From Octopus bimaculoides (lineage: Eukaryota), in assembly GCF_001194135.2 (NCBI RefSeq), contig NC_068982.1, positions 56,558,659 through 56,604,692 on the forward strand: a stretch of DNA of 46,034 nt. Reading direction: 5' to 3'. Numbering within the stretch: position 1 is the stretch's first letter; every line of letters begins with the position of its first letter. The translations under genes were made by a program, and so were the position numbers. Under the pieces are notes generated by a model. It was not told where the DNA came from. It was given only the letters and a program-made list of their open reading frames with translations, and did not search any database. Of the stretch, positions 24,278 to 36,835 are shown in pieces.

Positions 24278-24753
24278 CAAGCTTGTAGCTGTAGCACTAC
24301 TATCCAGACCAACTCGCTTATTTGTTACCATGACAATTAGATGTTTATTGTTGACTAAGGGCCAAGCCCCTTCAATCTTGCAAGTTTGGCACTTATGATC
24401 GAACGTCCGTAGGTGAGGATCACCGAACAACCCACAATGTTTGTAAGCCCCTTTCCCATTGTAAATACACTCGGGGTCTGGTGGGTGTGCTGGTGGTCTC
24501 TGTATTGCATTGGTTGTGTTGTAAATATCTCCATCAAAGGGACACTTGTACAGTTCCATCTGACTTTTCACGCGTGACTTTTCGGTGTAATACTCTAGGC
24601 TCCCCGCACAGCCGTGTGTCACTTTGTGTATGCAATGCCAGGTCGTTCGCAGAGAAATGCACGAGTGCGAGTCAGAGTTAGAGGAGTCTTTGTTTCTGCT
24701 TATATGGTAAGCTGGCCAGTGTTTTTGACACATGTTCACCTTACATTCTCCAG
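24278..24753 (-). CDS. RGM: Internal coding exon of an RGM (repulsive guidance molecule/hemojuvelin/DRAGON) family gene: RGM N-domain plus start of the vWD-like domain
   Basis: Translation GECKVNMC...CISLRTTWHC...CAGSLEYY...C...HCGLFGDPHLRTFDHKCQTCKIEGAWPLVNN...VTN...SSATATSL matches RGM hallmarks (GLFGDPHLRTF, QTCKxxGAWPL, ATATSx). Acceptor ttctttgttctttcag|CT GGA is phase 1, with a CTAAT branch-like motif at 24778-24782. Donor AGC TTG|gtaggt is phase 0. As I recall, vertebrate RGMA has introns at the equivalent positions. The paralogue name cannot be assigned. Confidence 0.95.
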
Positions 24754-24811
24754 CTGAAAGAACAAAGAACATCCAAGATTAGATACAATTAAATACTCAG
24801 AAAATGTGTGC

Positions 24812-24925
<114 letters not shown>

Positions 24926-26071
24926 TGGCATGGTTGCTACATCTGGATGCCCTTCCTAAAGCCTAACATGTTGAAGATGTGTGTGTGCATACACACGCAC
25001 ATACTGGTGGCAATTCCTAATAGTTGATTTAGCTAAAGCAAGTAATATTAAAAAATCTAAGCAATATAATTGTAAAAGGGCACATCATAAAGGAGGGCAA
25101 AGGTTCCTCTTGGGCCATAGGCTCATAATGCTGGTTTCCTAGATTCTGTGATATATTCCCCAATGGACAAAGTGCCAGTTCATTGCAGGATTACTCATTT
25201 TTGCCAGCTGAGTGGACTGGAGCAACATGAAAAGAGTTTTGTGCAAGGATACAATGCATTGCCCAGTCCAAGAACTGAAACCACTACCTTACAATCATTA
25301 GAGTAACATCCTAACCACTAAGCTATGCAATTCAACAGTAGGATACATAGAGTATCAGTCTGTCATAAAAATGAACAATACTCTCTTTACTCTTTTACTT
25401 GTTTCAGTCATTTGACTGCAAATGTCCATGCTTATTTTCAGGTTTTTAGTTAGTCCTTGTTTCATACATTTTGAGGCATGTAAATATTTCCTTTCATAAA
25501 TCTCAAGTTATCATAAGGTTGAAAAATAAATTTGAATTGTATCAGATATGATGCATAGACACCAAGAAGAAAAAGTTATATCACATGTGATACAGAGACA
25601 GGCAAAAGTTTAACAAAATGATCTTTCCTAAAATTATGATAAAAAATGTTTTTTTCAATTGAGCAGTTGTATATGATGAAGCAGAGTTAATAATGGGTTT
25701 GAACCAAAAAGGTTTAAGGAAATAGGGGAAACTTAAATCATTTAGTTTTCGCCACCTCACAACATCTATATAGCTATTTTGACAACTTGTTCTCCAAATA
25801 CCAGTCCGTGTCAGGTTAAATTTAAAGTAATAGCAAATGATTAAATAAATAAAAAAGCTAAAAACAAAAATGAAAGAAAATAGGTTATAATTTAGATGGT
25901 TCATATATTTTTTTAACACCCTCAGAGTGTAGAGGGGAATAACTACTAATAAGTGTAGAAATTCAACCATCTACAAAAAACGGTGATCAGGTTTACATTA
26001 ACCTATATACAAACATGACAATTTGAATAAACAAACCTACACCAGACAGAGCGACCTGATTATATGTGGGT

Positions 26072-26129
<58 letters not shown>

Positions 26130-26285
26130 AGCCTACTCACACCAATCACAAATGCTAGCAAATTTTAACATCATTCAAACAGTTTGATCAGTTTTTCTGA
26201 AATTTACTGTAAAATGAATATTAGTAGAAATTGTTGTATATAAACCAGAATCTTCCCATAAGCTCTTGGTTTATAAACCCTACAC

Positions 26286-26491
26286 CAGTAGTTCTCGACT
26301 GTTTTTTATCTATGGATCCTTCCAATGATTAAAGATATATATTTTCATAATTAAGTATTATTAGGAATGGTATAAAAAGGTTAAAATATTTTGTGTTGTA
26401 GAAGTATAAGCAATTTATTGCACATCAGTTTCAAAAAGAAAATCTTGTATGGACCGCCAAGGGCCATATGGAGCCCGGTTGAGAACCCCTA
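26286..26491. mobile_element. hAT-type MITE with 8-bp TSD
   Basis: Ends CAGTAGTTCTCGAC and GTTGAGAACCCCTA. Flanks CCCTACAC (26278-26285) and CCCTACAA (26492-26499) match at 7 of 8. Confidence 0.7.
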
Positions 26492-26587
26492 CCCTACAAT
26501 ATTTTTTTTTCCTTTTTGTAATACCATACTGAGAGGCAAGAGGGTTAACCTTGTGATCTAGTTGTTATTGTAAAAATACACAACATA

Positions 26588-27245
26588 GGTGCAGGTGTGG
26601 CTGTGTGCTAGGAAGCTAGCCTCCCAACCAAGTTCAGTCCAACTGTGTGGCACCTTGGGCAAGTGTCTTCTACTGTAGCCTTGAACTGACCGAAGACTTG
26701 CAAGTGGAATTGATAGACAGAAACTGAAAGAAGCCTGTTGTGCTGTGTGTGTGTGAGAGTGTATATATATATATATATATATAGGGTAAAGGATTATTAG
26801 TTTATTAATAAATTAATAATTAATAATTTTTACCAAGTAGTTCGATATGTACAAAACCATTATCGGTAAAGAACTTATTTAAAAAATTCTTTCAAATTTA
26901 TAAACATAATTAAGGGATCAGCAACAGTTGCTTCACCACATAGCAAACTGCTATTTCTAAATTTCGGTATGTGGTGAAGCAACTGTTGCTGATCCCTTAA
27001 TTATGTATATATATATATGAGTGTATGTGCGTTTCTTTGCGTCTATGTTTGTCCCCCCACACCCCGCCCATCACTGCCTGACAACTGGCGTTGGTGTGTT
27101 TACGTCCCGATAACTTAATGATTTGACAAAAGAAACAGCTAGAATAAGTACTAAGTTTGAAAAAAAAAAAAAGGGTCTTGGGGCTGATTTGTTTGATTAA
27201 AAAAACCCTCCAAGGCTTGCTCCAGCTTGGCTGCAGTCAAATGTG
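26588..27245 (+). mobile_element. SINE A (CpG-decayed) interrupted at its (TA)n by about 230 bp containing a hairpin
   Basis: Head at 26588, CORE-like block at 26650, 3' half resumes after 27010. Confidence 0.75.
26904..27006. repeat. Perfect 39-bp inverted repeat with 25-nt spacer
   Basis: ACATAATTAAGGGATCAGCAACAGTTGCTTCACCACATA (26904-26942) and its exact reverse complement (26968-27006). Confidence 0.95.
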
Positions 27246-27956
27246 TTCATGTGCTCATGTCTATGTATGTAACGTGCAGTATGCAGTGTGTTTGTGCATG
27301 CACGTTTTAGTATGTTTAGATTCACATGGCCACAAAGAAGTCTATAATCTAATTTCATGTAATAAGATAGTTAATGATAATACTGTCAATAGCAAACTGA
27401 CAATAACTTCCTAGAGATTGTTAACCAAGTTTTTAAACTTCATGCTGGTATGGGACTACTGGGAAAAAAAAAAAAAGTGAAGTAAAGAGAAGGATTAAAA
27501 AGAAAGGAAAAAAAAAAAGAACCCAAAAGACTACAAAGATGTTCAAAGAAATAACACACATTTCACTGAGCAAAAGACTTTCACCAGCTTTCATACCAGA
27601 TCTTACAAATTTCCTTAGATCTTTAAGAATTCTAGGATTTAATTAGGCTCTCTTTTTTTTTGGTCTCATAAGGGTGGTTGGTTTTCTTTTTTATTTCTAC
27701 ATCTATTCTTAAACTTCATCTCCTCTTCATTGTCATCATCATCATCATTATTATCATTATTCCAATTAACTTTGCAATTCTAACTATTGAATTTAAATAT
27801 GTGCCAAACAAATGAGTACTAGTATAGGCAAAAATATTGAAACAAATACCAACATCAAATGTCAACTGATGCATTGAATATTCTTGCAAGATTTCTCACA
27901 GAAAAAAAACAAAAAAACATGGTAAACTTGCTATATTAAGTCCTGATCATAAGTTT

Positions 27957-28422
27957 CATCATCATCGTTTAATGCCTGCTCTCCATGCTGGTATGGGTTG
28001 AACGGTTTGATATGGAGCTGGCTGGCAGGGAGCTGTCCAGACTCCAACAGTTTGTTGTGGCATGATTTCTACAGCTGGATGCCCTTCCTCACGCTAACCA
28101 CTTAACAGAATTGCTGCATGCTTTTTACAAGCCCATGGGTGTGTTCATGGAGCACCAGTATGGGAGCTTTTTAAGTGACACTGGCACCTGAAAGGTGTAA
28201 GTCTGTATGTGTGGAAGACAGTGATTTTGCTTAGCTTGATGTGTACTTTCAAGTACAGCAAATTACTACATCTCCCGGTCCGTTGTCATTTTCTCAGTGA
28301 GGCCCAATGCCTGAAGATCCTTGCCACTTTGTCCCACGTCTTCCTGGCTCTACCCCTTCCACAGATACCCTCCACAATTAGAGTGTGGCACTTCTTTAAG
28401 CAGCTGTTCTCATCCATAAAAC
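27957..28422 (-). mobile_element. RTE-clade LINE 3' end (ORF2 C-terminus remnant, 3' UTR, (GAT)n tail)
   Basis: Minus strand reads MDENSCLKKCHTLIVEGICGRGRARKTWDKV, then frameshift KDLQALGLTEKMTTDREM**FAV, matching the RTE GRGRPxKTW...DL..LGL...DR..W terminus. The 3' UTR carries GGAAGGGCATCCAGC and ends in a (GAT)n tail. Confidence 0.85.
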
Positions 28423-28624
28423 TTAAAAGATAAAAATTTCTCACAAGAATTTCACAATGTGGCAGACAAATTATTCACGGTGGTCCAGGATGGCCACAGT
28501 CACAGCCTTAGGGTTGAAACATGTAAAAGAATAAAGAATAATTTCATAATGTGAAATTTACTACAAAAGGAAGCAAGTCCCAAGCCTATGACTTCCCTTG
28601 CCATTCACCCTTATTTTTTTTAGA

Positions 28625-29020
28625 ATACTCTTTTACTCTTTTACTTGTTTTAGTCATTTGACTGTGGCCATGCTGGAGCACCGCCTTTAGTCGAGAAAAT
28701 CGACCACAGGACTTATTCTTTGTAAGCCTAGTACTTATTATATTGGTCTCTTTTTGCTGAACCACTAAGTTACAGGGACGTAAACACACCAGCATCGGTT
28801 GTCAAGCGATGGTGGGGGGACAAACACAGACACACAAACATATACACACACATACATATATACGACGGGCTTCTTTCAGTTTCCGTCTACCAAATCCACT
28901 CACAAGGCTTTGGTCGGCTTGAGGCAATAATAGACACTTGCCCAAGGTGCCACGCAGTGGGACTGAACCCGGAACCATGTGGTTGGAAAGCAAGCTACTT
29001 ACCACACAGCCACTCCTGCG
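28625..29020 (-). mobile_element. SINE A, near-consensus full length
   Basis: TACTCTTTTACTTG...TTACCACACAGCCACTCCTGCGCC with most CpGs retained. Confidence 0.9.
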
Positions 29021-29109
29021 CCTTTTTATATGTACTTTATTATTTTTAATGACTATCTGCAATGAAGAATATTCTAAGAGAATCTATGAATATAAGCAAC
29101 TGATTAGCA

Positions 29110-29290
29110 CAGGCACGGGTGTGCGGTTTAAGAAGCTTGCTTCCCAACCATATGGTGTTGGGTAAGTGTTTTCTACTCTAGGCCATGGCCAACCCAAGCC
29201 TTTGTGAGTGGATCTGATAGATGAAAACTGAAAGAAACCCACCGCGTGCGTAAATATGTGTGTATGTGTGTGTGTGCCTTGACAGTATGC
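29110..29290 (+). mobile_element. SINE A 5' half, diverged
   Basis: GGCACGGGTGTGCGGTTTAAGAAGCTTGCTTCCCAACC...GAAAACTGAAAGAAACCC. Confidence 0.65.
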
Positions 29291-29565
29291 AATGATTGTA
29301 AACGAAGTTTTATCGTCATACAAGCGGAGTTGCTCGTTTCTAGGCTTTTATGAAAACATATCTAGCGCTGCAAAAACAATATCTTGTTTGGAAACAGGTG
29401 ATGGTTGGCGACCGGAAGGGCGTTTGGTTGTAGAAAAAACTACCTCAACAAATTCTGTGTGGTCAACGCAAGCATGGAAAATGGGCGTTGAATCGATGAT
29501 TAGAGATTTGTTAGAGAGAACGTAGTGTACGTATCTATGTAGACAAAAATAAATGTGATAATGCA

Positions 29566-29617
<52 letters not shown>

Positions 29618-29634
29618 AAGAGAGAAAGAGAAAA

Positions 29635-29665
<31 letters not shown>

Positions 29666-31436
29666 AAACAGACTATGTTCATTCACAATGGGACCGGCCC
29701 GGAACTATATTTTCTTTTATTCGCTTCAGTTATTTGACTGCGGCCATGCTGGTGCACCGCCTTTAGTCGAACATATCAACCCCAGGACTTATTTTTTATA
29801 AGCCTAGTACTTATTCTGTCTGTCTCTTTTGCCGAACCGCTAAGCTACNNNNNNNNNNNNNNNNNNNNNNNNNNNNNNNNNNNNNNNNNNNNNNNNNNNN
29901 NNNNNNNNNNNNNNNNNNNNNNNNNNNNNNNNNNNNNNNNNNNNNNNNNNNNNNNNNNNNNNNNNNNNNNNNNNNNNNNNNNNNNNNNNNNNNNNNNNNN
30001 NNNNNNNNNTATATATAAAGGGGTTTGTATGATAATGTATAGAGGAATATATTATTTAAAAGAGTTCCAATTCTGTTTTTTATGTTTTATTTATATTCTT
30101 ATAAAATTAATGTGGGATATAAAATATGGAATATATAATATAAATAGTAAAATGAAATGAAGTATTGAATGTTTTATTGAATGTATGAAATATTAAGTAT
30201 TAAATATATATAGGGGCTAGTATGCTTTCCTGCTTTATAGCAGTCATCAAGGTCCCGTCTACGACGGGATTCTTTCAGTTTCCGTCTGAAAGGCTTTGGT
30301 CGGTCCGACGATATAGAAGAAGACACTTGCCCACGATTGAACCCGGAACCATGTGGTTGGTAAGCAAGCTACTTACCACACAGCCATGTCTGCGCCTCCC
30401 ACCAAGCCAAACATTAATACCTAATTATAAAGATACGTTAATCATACGAATCACAATACACACACAGCCATCGATCTTGACACTATAAATATAATAGAAT
30501 AAATAAAATCAGTATAAAAAAAAAACAACCGGAATAACAACAACAACAACAAAAGGAAAGGACTAAATAATCGCAACAACAACAACCACAAATAAATACT
30601 ATACTGTAAAACCATGTTACATCAGTTGTTTCATTACCACGAAATCTAATAAAAACTGCCGTCCGTTCAAAGAAACACCACCACCGCCACCGTGTCCTCA
30701 TGATTACTACAACTACAACAGCAGTAGCAGCAACTATGGTTACAACAACAACAACAACTGCGATCAGAAATGCTGTAACCGAGACAGCAGAGAAGGAAAG
30801 AAAGACGTGGTGATTAGCCAGCGAGTGACTTTATTAAAGGAAACACACACGCACACACATACACAATCTTTAATTAACATTAGTAACGCTTATATGAGAG
30901 TCAATGACTGTCACGGAAACACACACACACACACACACACACACACGATAAACAGAAATAGTTAATTAAAAAAAAAATGTAATTTCTTGGCCTGATGATC
31001 TCAGCTGAATTTATCGTGTGCAACATGTAGTTTATATATATATATATGTATGTATGTACATGTTTGTGAGTAGTTATGTGTTTATGTGTGTACACGTGTC
31101 TGTATTCACGTGTCCGTGTGTCTGCGTACGCGCGTGCGCGTAGAGAGGGAGAAAGAGAGCCCTCCAGAGGGTGTTTTCATATTATCAATGGTTACAAAGT
31201 ATCTTTTCATGTCGCCATCTCCTCCTGTGAATGTCTTCAATATCTGAAAGCATTTTCTGATATCCCAAGAAATCTTCCGGAATAGGATATCACGTACATC
31301 AACTGCACCCTCTTTTCAAAGACTCTCCGTACATGTTCCTGCGCATGTATTTATGTATGTATGTGTGTGTGTGTATATATATATGTATGTTCATATTCGT
31401 ATATGTGTGTGTAACATGAAAAAAATGTATATGTAT

Positions 31437-32160
31437 ATAGGCGTAGGAGTGGCTGTGTGGTAAGTAGCTTGCTAATGAACCACATGGTTCCGGGTTCAGT
31501 CCCACTGCGTGGCACCTTGGGCAAGTGTCTTCTAGTATAGCCTCGGGCCGACCAAAGCCTTGTGAGTGGATTTGGTAGACGGAAACTGAAAGAAGCTCGT
31601 CGTATATATGCATGTGTATATATATATATATATATACATACATATATGTATATATATATATATATATACATACATGTATGTATGTATGTATGTGTGTGTA
31701 TGTATATGCTTGTGTGTCTGTTTGTCCCCACCCAACATCGCTTGACAACCGATGCTGGTGTGTTTACGTCCCCATAATTAGCGGTTCAGCAAAAAAAAGA
31801 CCGATAGAATAAGTACTAGGCTTACAAAGAATAAGTCCTGAGGTCGATTTGCTCGACTAAAAGCGGTGCTCTAGCGTGGCCGCAGTCAAATAACTGAAAC
31901 AGGTAAAAGAGTAAAGAGTAATATACAGACGTAGGCGTGGCTGTGCGGTAAAGAAGCTTGCTTCCCACCCACATGGTTCCGGGTTCAGTCCCACTGAATC
32001 CTACCTTACACCATAGCCTTGGACCAATCAAACACTCGTGAGTGGATTTGCTAAACAGAAACTAAAAGAAGCCCGTCATATACAGATATATATGTGTGTG
32101 TGTGTGTGTGTGNNNNNNNNNNGATGGTATATTTACGTCCCCGTAACTTAGGGATTCTTT
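31437..32160 (+). mobile_element. Two tandem SINE A copies (full length 31437-31920, second from about 31928)
   Basis: The second head GTAGGCGTGGCTGTGCGGTAAAGAAGCTTGC directly follows the AAGAGT tail of the first. Confidence 0.9.
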
Positions 32161-32264
32161 TGCTGATGAATGGCTTAAATTCAATAGTTCGTCGGACAAA
32201 TTATTGTATAGTTACCCCTTAACGCTTTGAATTAAAATTGCAGTAAAGTTTGCCTATTATTCTG

Positions 32265-32836
32265 AGTTCAAATCCCACCGAGGTCGACTTTACCTTTCAT
32301 CCATTCGGGGTCGATAAAATAAAGTATCGGTGAAGTATTGCGCTCGATGTAATCGACTTATTCCCTACCCCGAAATTGCTCGCAAGCTTAGCAGAGCCTT
32401 TAGCACGACAGGCAAAATGCTTCGTTTATCTTCACATTCTGAATTCAAATTCCGCCGAGAACGACTTTGCTTTTCATCCTTCCGAGGTCGATAAAATATG
32501 TACCAGTTGAATACTGGGGTAGATGTAATCGACTAATGTCCTCCCCACAAAACTGCTGCCCTTGTGGAAAATTTGAAACCATTCTTCTTATAATTATTAA
32601 GGCAACGAGCTGTCAGAATCGTTATCACGTCGGGCGAAATGCTTAGCGGTATTTCATCTATCTTCACGTTCTGAGTTCAAATTCCGCCGAGATCGACTTG
32701 GCCTTTCATCCTTTCGGAGTCGATAAATCACGTTCCAGTTGAGTACTGAGGTAGATGTAATCGACTGGCTCCCTCCCCCTAAAATTTCAGGCCTTTTGAC
32801 TACAGTAGAAAGGGTTATTATTATTATTATTATTAC

Positions 32837-32871
<35 letters not shown>

Positions 32872-32960
32872 GGCAGCGAGGTGACAGAATCGTTAGCACG
32901 ACGGTCAATGATTCTGTTTTTATCCTTCCAGGGTCGATAAAATAAGCACTATGTAAATGC
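32265..32960 (+). mobile_element. Head-to-tail cluster of about 4 SINE B copies
   Basis: Repeated GAGTTCAAAT...GACTTT..CTTTCATCC..GGTCGATAAA units. The later copies are separated by ATT-rich tails. Confidence 0.85.
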
Positions 32961-33299
32961 AGGGCCCGTTCATTCGACATTACAAACATGAATTTATGTT
33001 AGATTTTTATTTATACATCTGTTCACACATATTACGGTGAACGGAAATAAAAGTCGCAGCAAGAGATATTACATTTCATTTAAATACCATAAATAAGAGT
33101 TAAAGTAATTAAAAACTATTTTAAGTCGCATTGTAATCACAGTAGTAACTCATTTCATATAATGACATCACATGTATTCGAAAACTAAATGAAGTTTAAT
33201 TATTAAATGTATAAAATTAAACTGGGATGAATTTTACAAAAGAACATTAAATCACTAATTAATTGAAGTTTTCATGAGATTCTTTTCTTATTACGGGTT

Positions 33300-33550
33300 T
33301 ATTATCTTTTGTTTCAGTCATTAGAGTGTGGCCATACTGGGGCACCGCCTTCAAGAATCTTTAGTCGAACGAACCAACCCCAGTACTTAATTATTTTCTA
33401 TAAGCCTGCTCTAGTGCTGAACTGGTACTTAATTTATCTACCCCAAAAGGGATGAAAGGTGAAGTCGATTTGAACTCAGTGCACGAAGACGGGCGAAATG
33501 CTGCTATGCATTTTGTCAGGCGTAGAACAATTCTGCTAGCTCGCCTCCTC
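33300..33550 (-). mobile_element. Adjacent SINE A 3' end and SINE B fragment
   Basis: GTTTCAGTCATTAGAGTGTGGCCATACTGGGGCACCGCC followed by GGATGAAAGGTGAAGTCGATTTGAACTCAG...TTCTGCTAGCTCGCC. Confidence 0.7.
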
Positions 33551-34937
33551 ATTACGGATGGAATACTGAAATGTCCACAACTCCTTCAAGATTGAACTCG
33601 AGAACAATGCCGTGATCTACATACGATACTTGATGCAGAAACAGACTACAATTTTACATACAAGGGAACCTTAACAAGGGAACTTTTGACATGCTAGAAT
33701 TGACAGTCAAATCTGTACTGTCTCATTTTTTTAAATATAGGACGTACTGGATATTGTCCCCCCCCGACACACTTTGCTGAAAGAAAATAAAAAGGTATAA
33801 GACAGGAACGCTTTTTAATAGAAAATACTGNNNNNNNNNNNNNNNNNNNNNNNNNNNNNNNNNNNNNNNNNNNNNNNNNNNNNNNNNNNNNNNNNNNNNN
33901 NNNNNNNNNNNNNNNNNNNNNNNNNNNNNNNNNNNNNNNNNNNNNNNNNNNNNNNNNNNNNNNNNNNNNNNNNNNNNNNNNNNNNNNNNNNNNNNNNNNN
34001 NNNNNNNNNNNNNNNNNNNNNNNNNNNNNNNNNNNNNNNNNNNNNNNNNNNNNNNNNNNNNNNNNNNNNNNNNNNNNNNNNNNNNNNNNNNNNNNNNNNN
34101 NNNNNNNNNNNNNNNNNNNNNNNNNNNNNNNNNNNNNNNNNNNNNNNNNNNNNNNNNNNNNNNNNNNNNNNNNNNNNNNNNNNNNNNNNNNNNNNNNNNN
34201 NNNNNNNNNNNNNNNNNNNNNNNNNNNNNNNNNNNNNNNNNNNNNNNNNNNNNNNNNNNNNNNNNNNNNNNNNNNNNNNNNNNNNNNNNNNNNNNNNNNN
34301 NNNNNNNNNNNNNNNNNNNNNNNNNNNNNNNNNNNNNNNNNNNNNNNNNNNNNNNNNNNNNNNNNNNNNNNNNNNNNNNNNNNNNNNNNNNNNNNNNNNN
34401 NNNNNNNNNNNNNNNNNNNNNNNNNNNNNNNNNNNNNNNNNNNNNNNNNNNNNNNNNNNNNNNNNNNNNNNNNNNNNNNNNNNNNNNNNNNNNNNNNNNN
34501 NNNNNNNNNNNNNNNNNNNNNNNNAAGGACCCCCATGGGTCATACAGACCCCCGTTGAAAACCGCTGCCCTAGTAGGACAAAAAGGGACTTTTTTTAATT
34601 TTTACTTATTCAAGGAAGTAAAGGGCAGTGTCCATGCTTTATTCTTTCTTGGTGTTGGTAGTGAATCAGGAATGGCCCCCGAAACTGGTAAGCGAGAGTA
34701 AATGATCCTTAAACAAGAGCCTTGACCCAAATACATAACTGGGTGAAAACTGCTAAAGGTACCAAAGGAACAAACAAGAAGGGGCATAAAATTGGGCGAT
34801 AGATTTAAAATACAACAACCCAAATGTCGAATACCAGAAAACTGAGGGATTCTACAGCTGCTGTTGCTGCTTTAGTAGTAGTTACAGTAGTATGAGTAGT
34901 AAGTAGTAGTAGTAGCATCACTAGTATTCATTATTAA

Positions 34938-35150
34938 TAGACGAGCTGGCAGAATCGTTAGCAGTCTGGACAAAATATTTAGCAGTATTTCGCCCATCGC
35001 AACGTTCCGAGTTCAAATTTCGCCGAGGTTGACTTTGCCTTTCGTTCTTTCGGAGTCAATAAATTGTATCAGCTGCGTATTGGGGTCGATGTAATCGACC
35101 AAATTCCCACCTCCAAATTTCAGGCCTTGTGCCTTTAGTAGAAAGGATTA
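34938..35150 (+). mobile_element. SINE B, full length
   Basis: GACGAGCTGGCAGAATCGTTAGC...GCCTTTAGTAGAAAGGATTATTATT. Further copies at 36050-36230 (-), 37140-37310 (-) and 44608-44810 (+). Confidence 0.85.
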
Positions 35151-36437
35151 TTATTATTATTATTAGTAGTAGTAGTAGCATCACTGGTATTATTAGTAGG
35201 AACGGTAGTACAAGCAGTAGTGTAGTAACTGCAGCAGTAATCATAATAGTAGTAGTAGCAGCAGTATTATTGGTAGTAATAATAGTAGGAGTAGCAACAG
35301 TAGTATAAGAAGAAGGTGGAGGTAAAAGGGAGAGGGAAAACGGGTTAGCCAAGAGGATATAAACGCTAAGTTCAATGCTCTTCACATTGGAGTGTGACTA
35401 GTTTTTGGGGCATCGAACTTCGTGCTTACTCTCTTACCCTGTCTATATACATTTATGAACCACAAAGACCTCTATCTATCTAAAGTTTGCGTGCGTGAGG
35501 AGCGGCGGTAAATTTGTCACTGGCAGATAAGAAATCTACCGTGAACTCTCACCCGTCGCCATTTTTTTTTTTTTTTACCTTCCCCATCGGGGAAAAATTA
35601 GACCTACGAAACACCTAATCCTACCCCCCCCCCTTTTCTTTCACAGATAAACCTATTGGTTTTAAAAGGCGTGCGTGCGTGTGTACACCTACATCCGTAA
35701 ATCTACAGCGAACTGATTGTTGTTTAACTCGAGGTCAGCCCGTAATCCAGCAGACTTGTAGCAAGTGTCACTAATTATCCCAGTTATTTTTTTTCTATTC
35801 ATGCATAATTTAAGTAATCCAAAATTACCTACACCCTCCCAATATATTCCCCACCACCACTCCTCCAAGAAAATACGGCGTGATGTGAGAGTGATTTTCG
35901 TTGCTATTTCTTTCCAGTAGAGGCACGATTTGATCTATTACTCCGGCGGAATTTGCTAGTAATTTAACTGTTATGTCACATAACAAGACATTCTATCTGC
36001 ATTGGACAGAAGGACGAGAAACAACATTCAGAACTAGAATGAATGATATATTGATTTCAAATTTTGGCACAAGGCTAGCAATTTTGGTGGAGGGGTAAGT
36101 CGATTACAACGACCTCAGTACTAAACCGGTACTTATTTTATCCACCCACAAAAGACAATAGGCAGAGTGTGCAACGGCGGAGTTTGAACTCAGAACGTCA
36201 AGACGTGCTAACGATTCTGCCAGCTCACCATCTTTTGATTGAATTATATACCAAGATCAATCAATTGGCAATTGGAAATATCAATTAAAGAGAACTAAAA
36301 TATGCAGCTTTCATTTTAGCCTTTTAATCAGGAGAAGCGGTAGTATCTACGACACTTTACAGCAGGGGTCTCCAACCAGCGGGCCGTGAATTATTTGGTA
36401 CCAGGACGCAGAGAAAGAATGAATTTTAAAATTTTAT

Positions 36438-36835
36438 TTGTGCAGGCGTGGCAGTGTGGTAAGAAGTTTGCTTCCCAACCGCATTGCTTTGGGTTCAGTC
36501 CCACTGCGTGGTAACTTGGACAGTGTCTACTATAGCCTCGGGCCGATCGAAAAGCCTTGCGATTTGGTAGCTAGAAACAGAAAGAAGTCCGTCGTAAATA
36601 TTATATATATATATATATCTACACACAACATATCTCTGTATCTGATTGCCCTCCACAACCGCCTGGCACCTGGTGTTGCTGTGTTGACGTCCCCGTGACT
36701 TAGCAGTTCGGCAAAACAGACCGATAGAATAAGTACCAGGCTTAAAAGATATCGATTCGTTCGCTTAAAATTCTTTAAGGCAGTGCCCTAGCTTGGCCAA
36801 AATCTAATGACTTAAACAAGGAAAAGATAAAAGAT
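36438..36835 (+). mobile_element. SINE A, diverged full length
   Basis: GCAGGCGTGGCAGTGTGGTAAGAAG...CAGTCCCACTGCGTGG...GACCGATAGAATAAGTACCAGGC. Confidence 0.8.

Noticed and set aside
25581-25970. 129-aa hydrophobic ORF just upstream of the RGM exon as a signal-peptide exon
   Set aside because: T-rich strand bias explains the open frame. No good phase-1 donor follows either hydrophobic stretch; ACTG|gtattt is weak and gives no convincing signal peptide.
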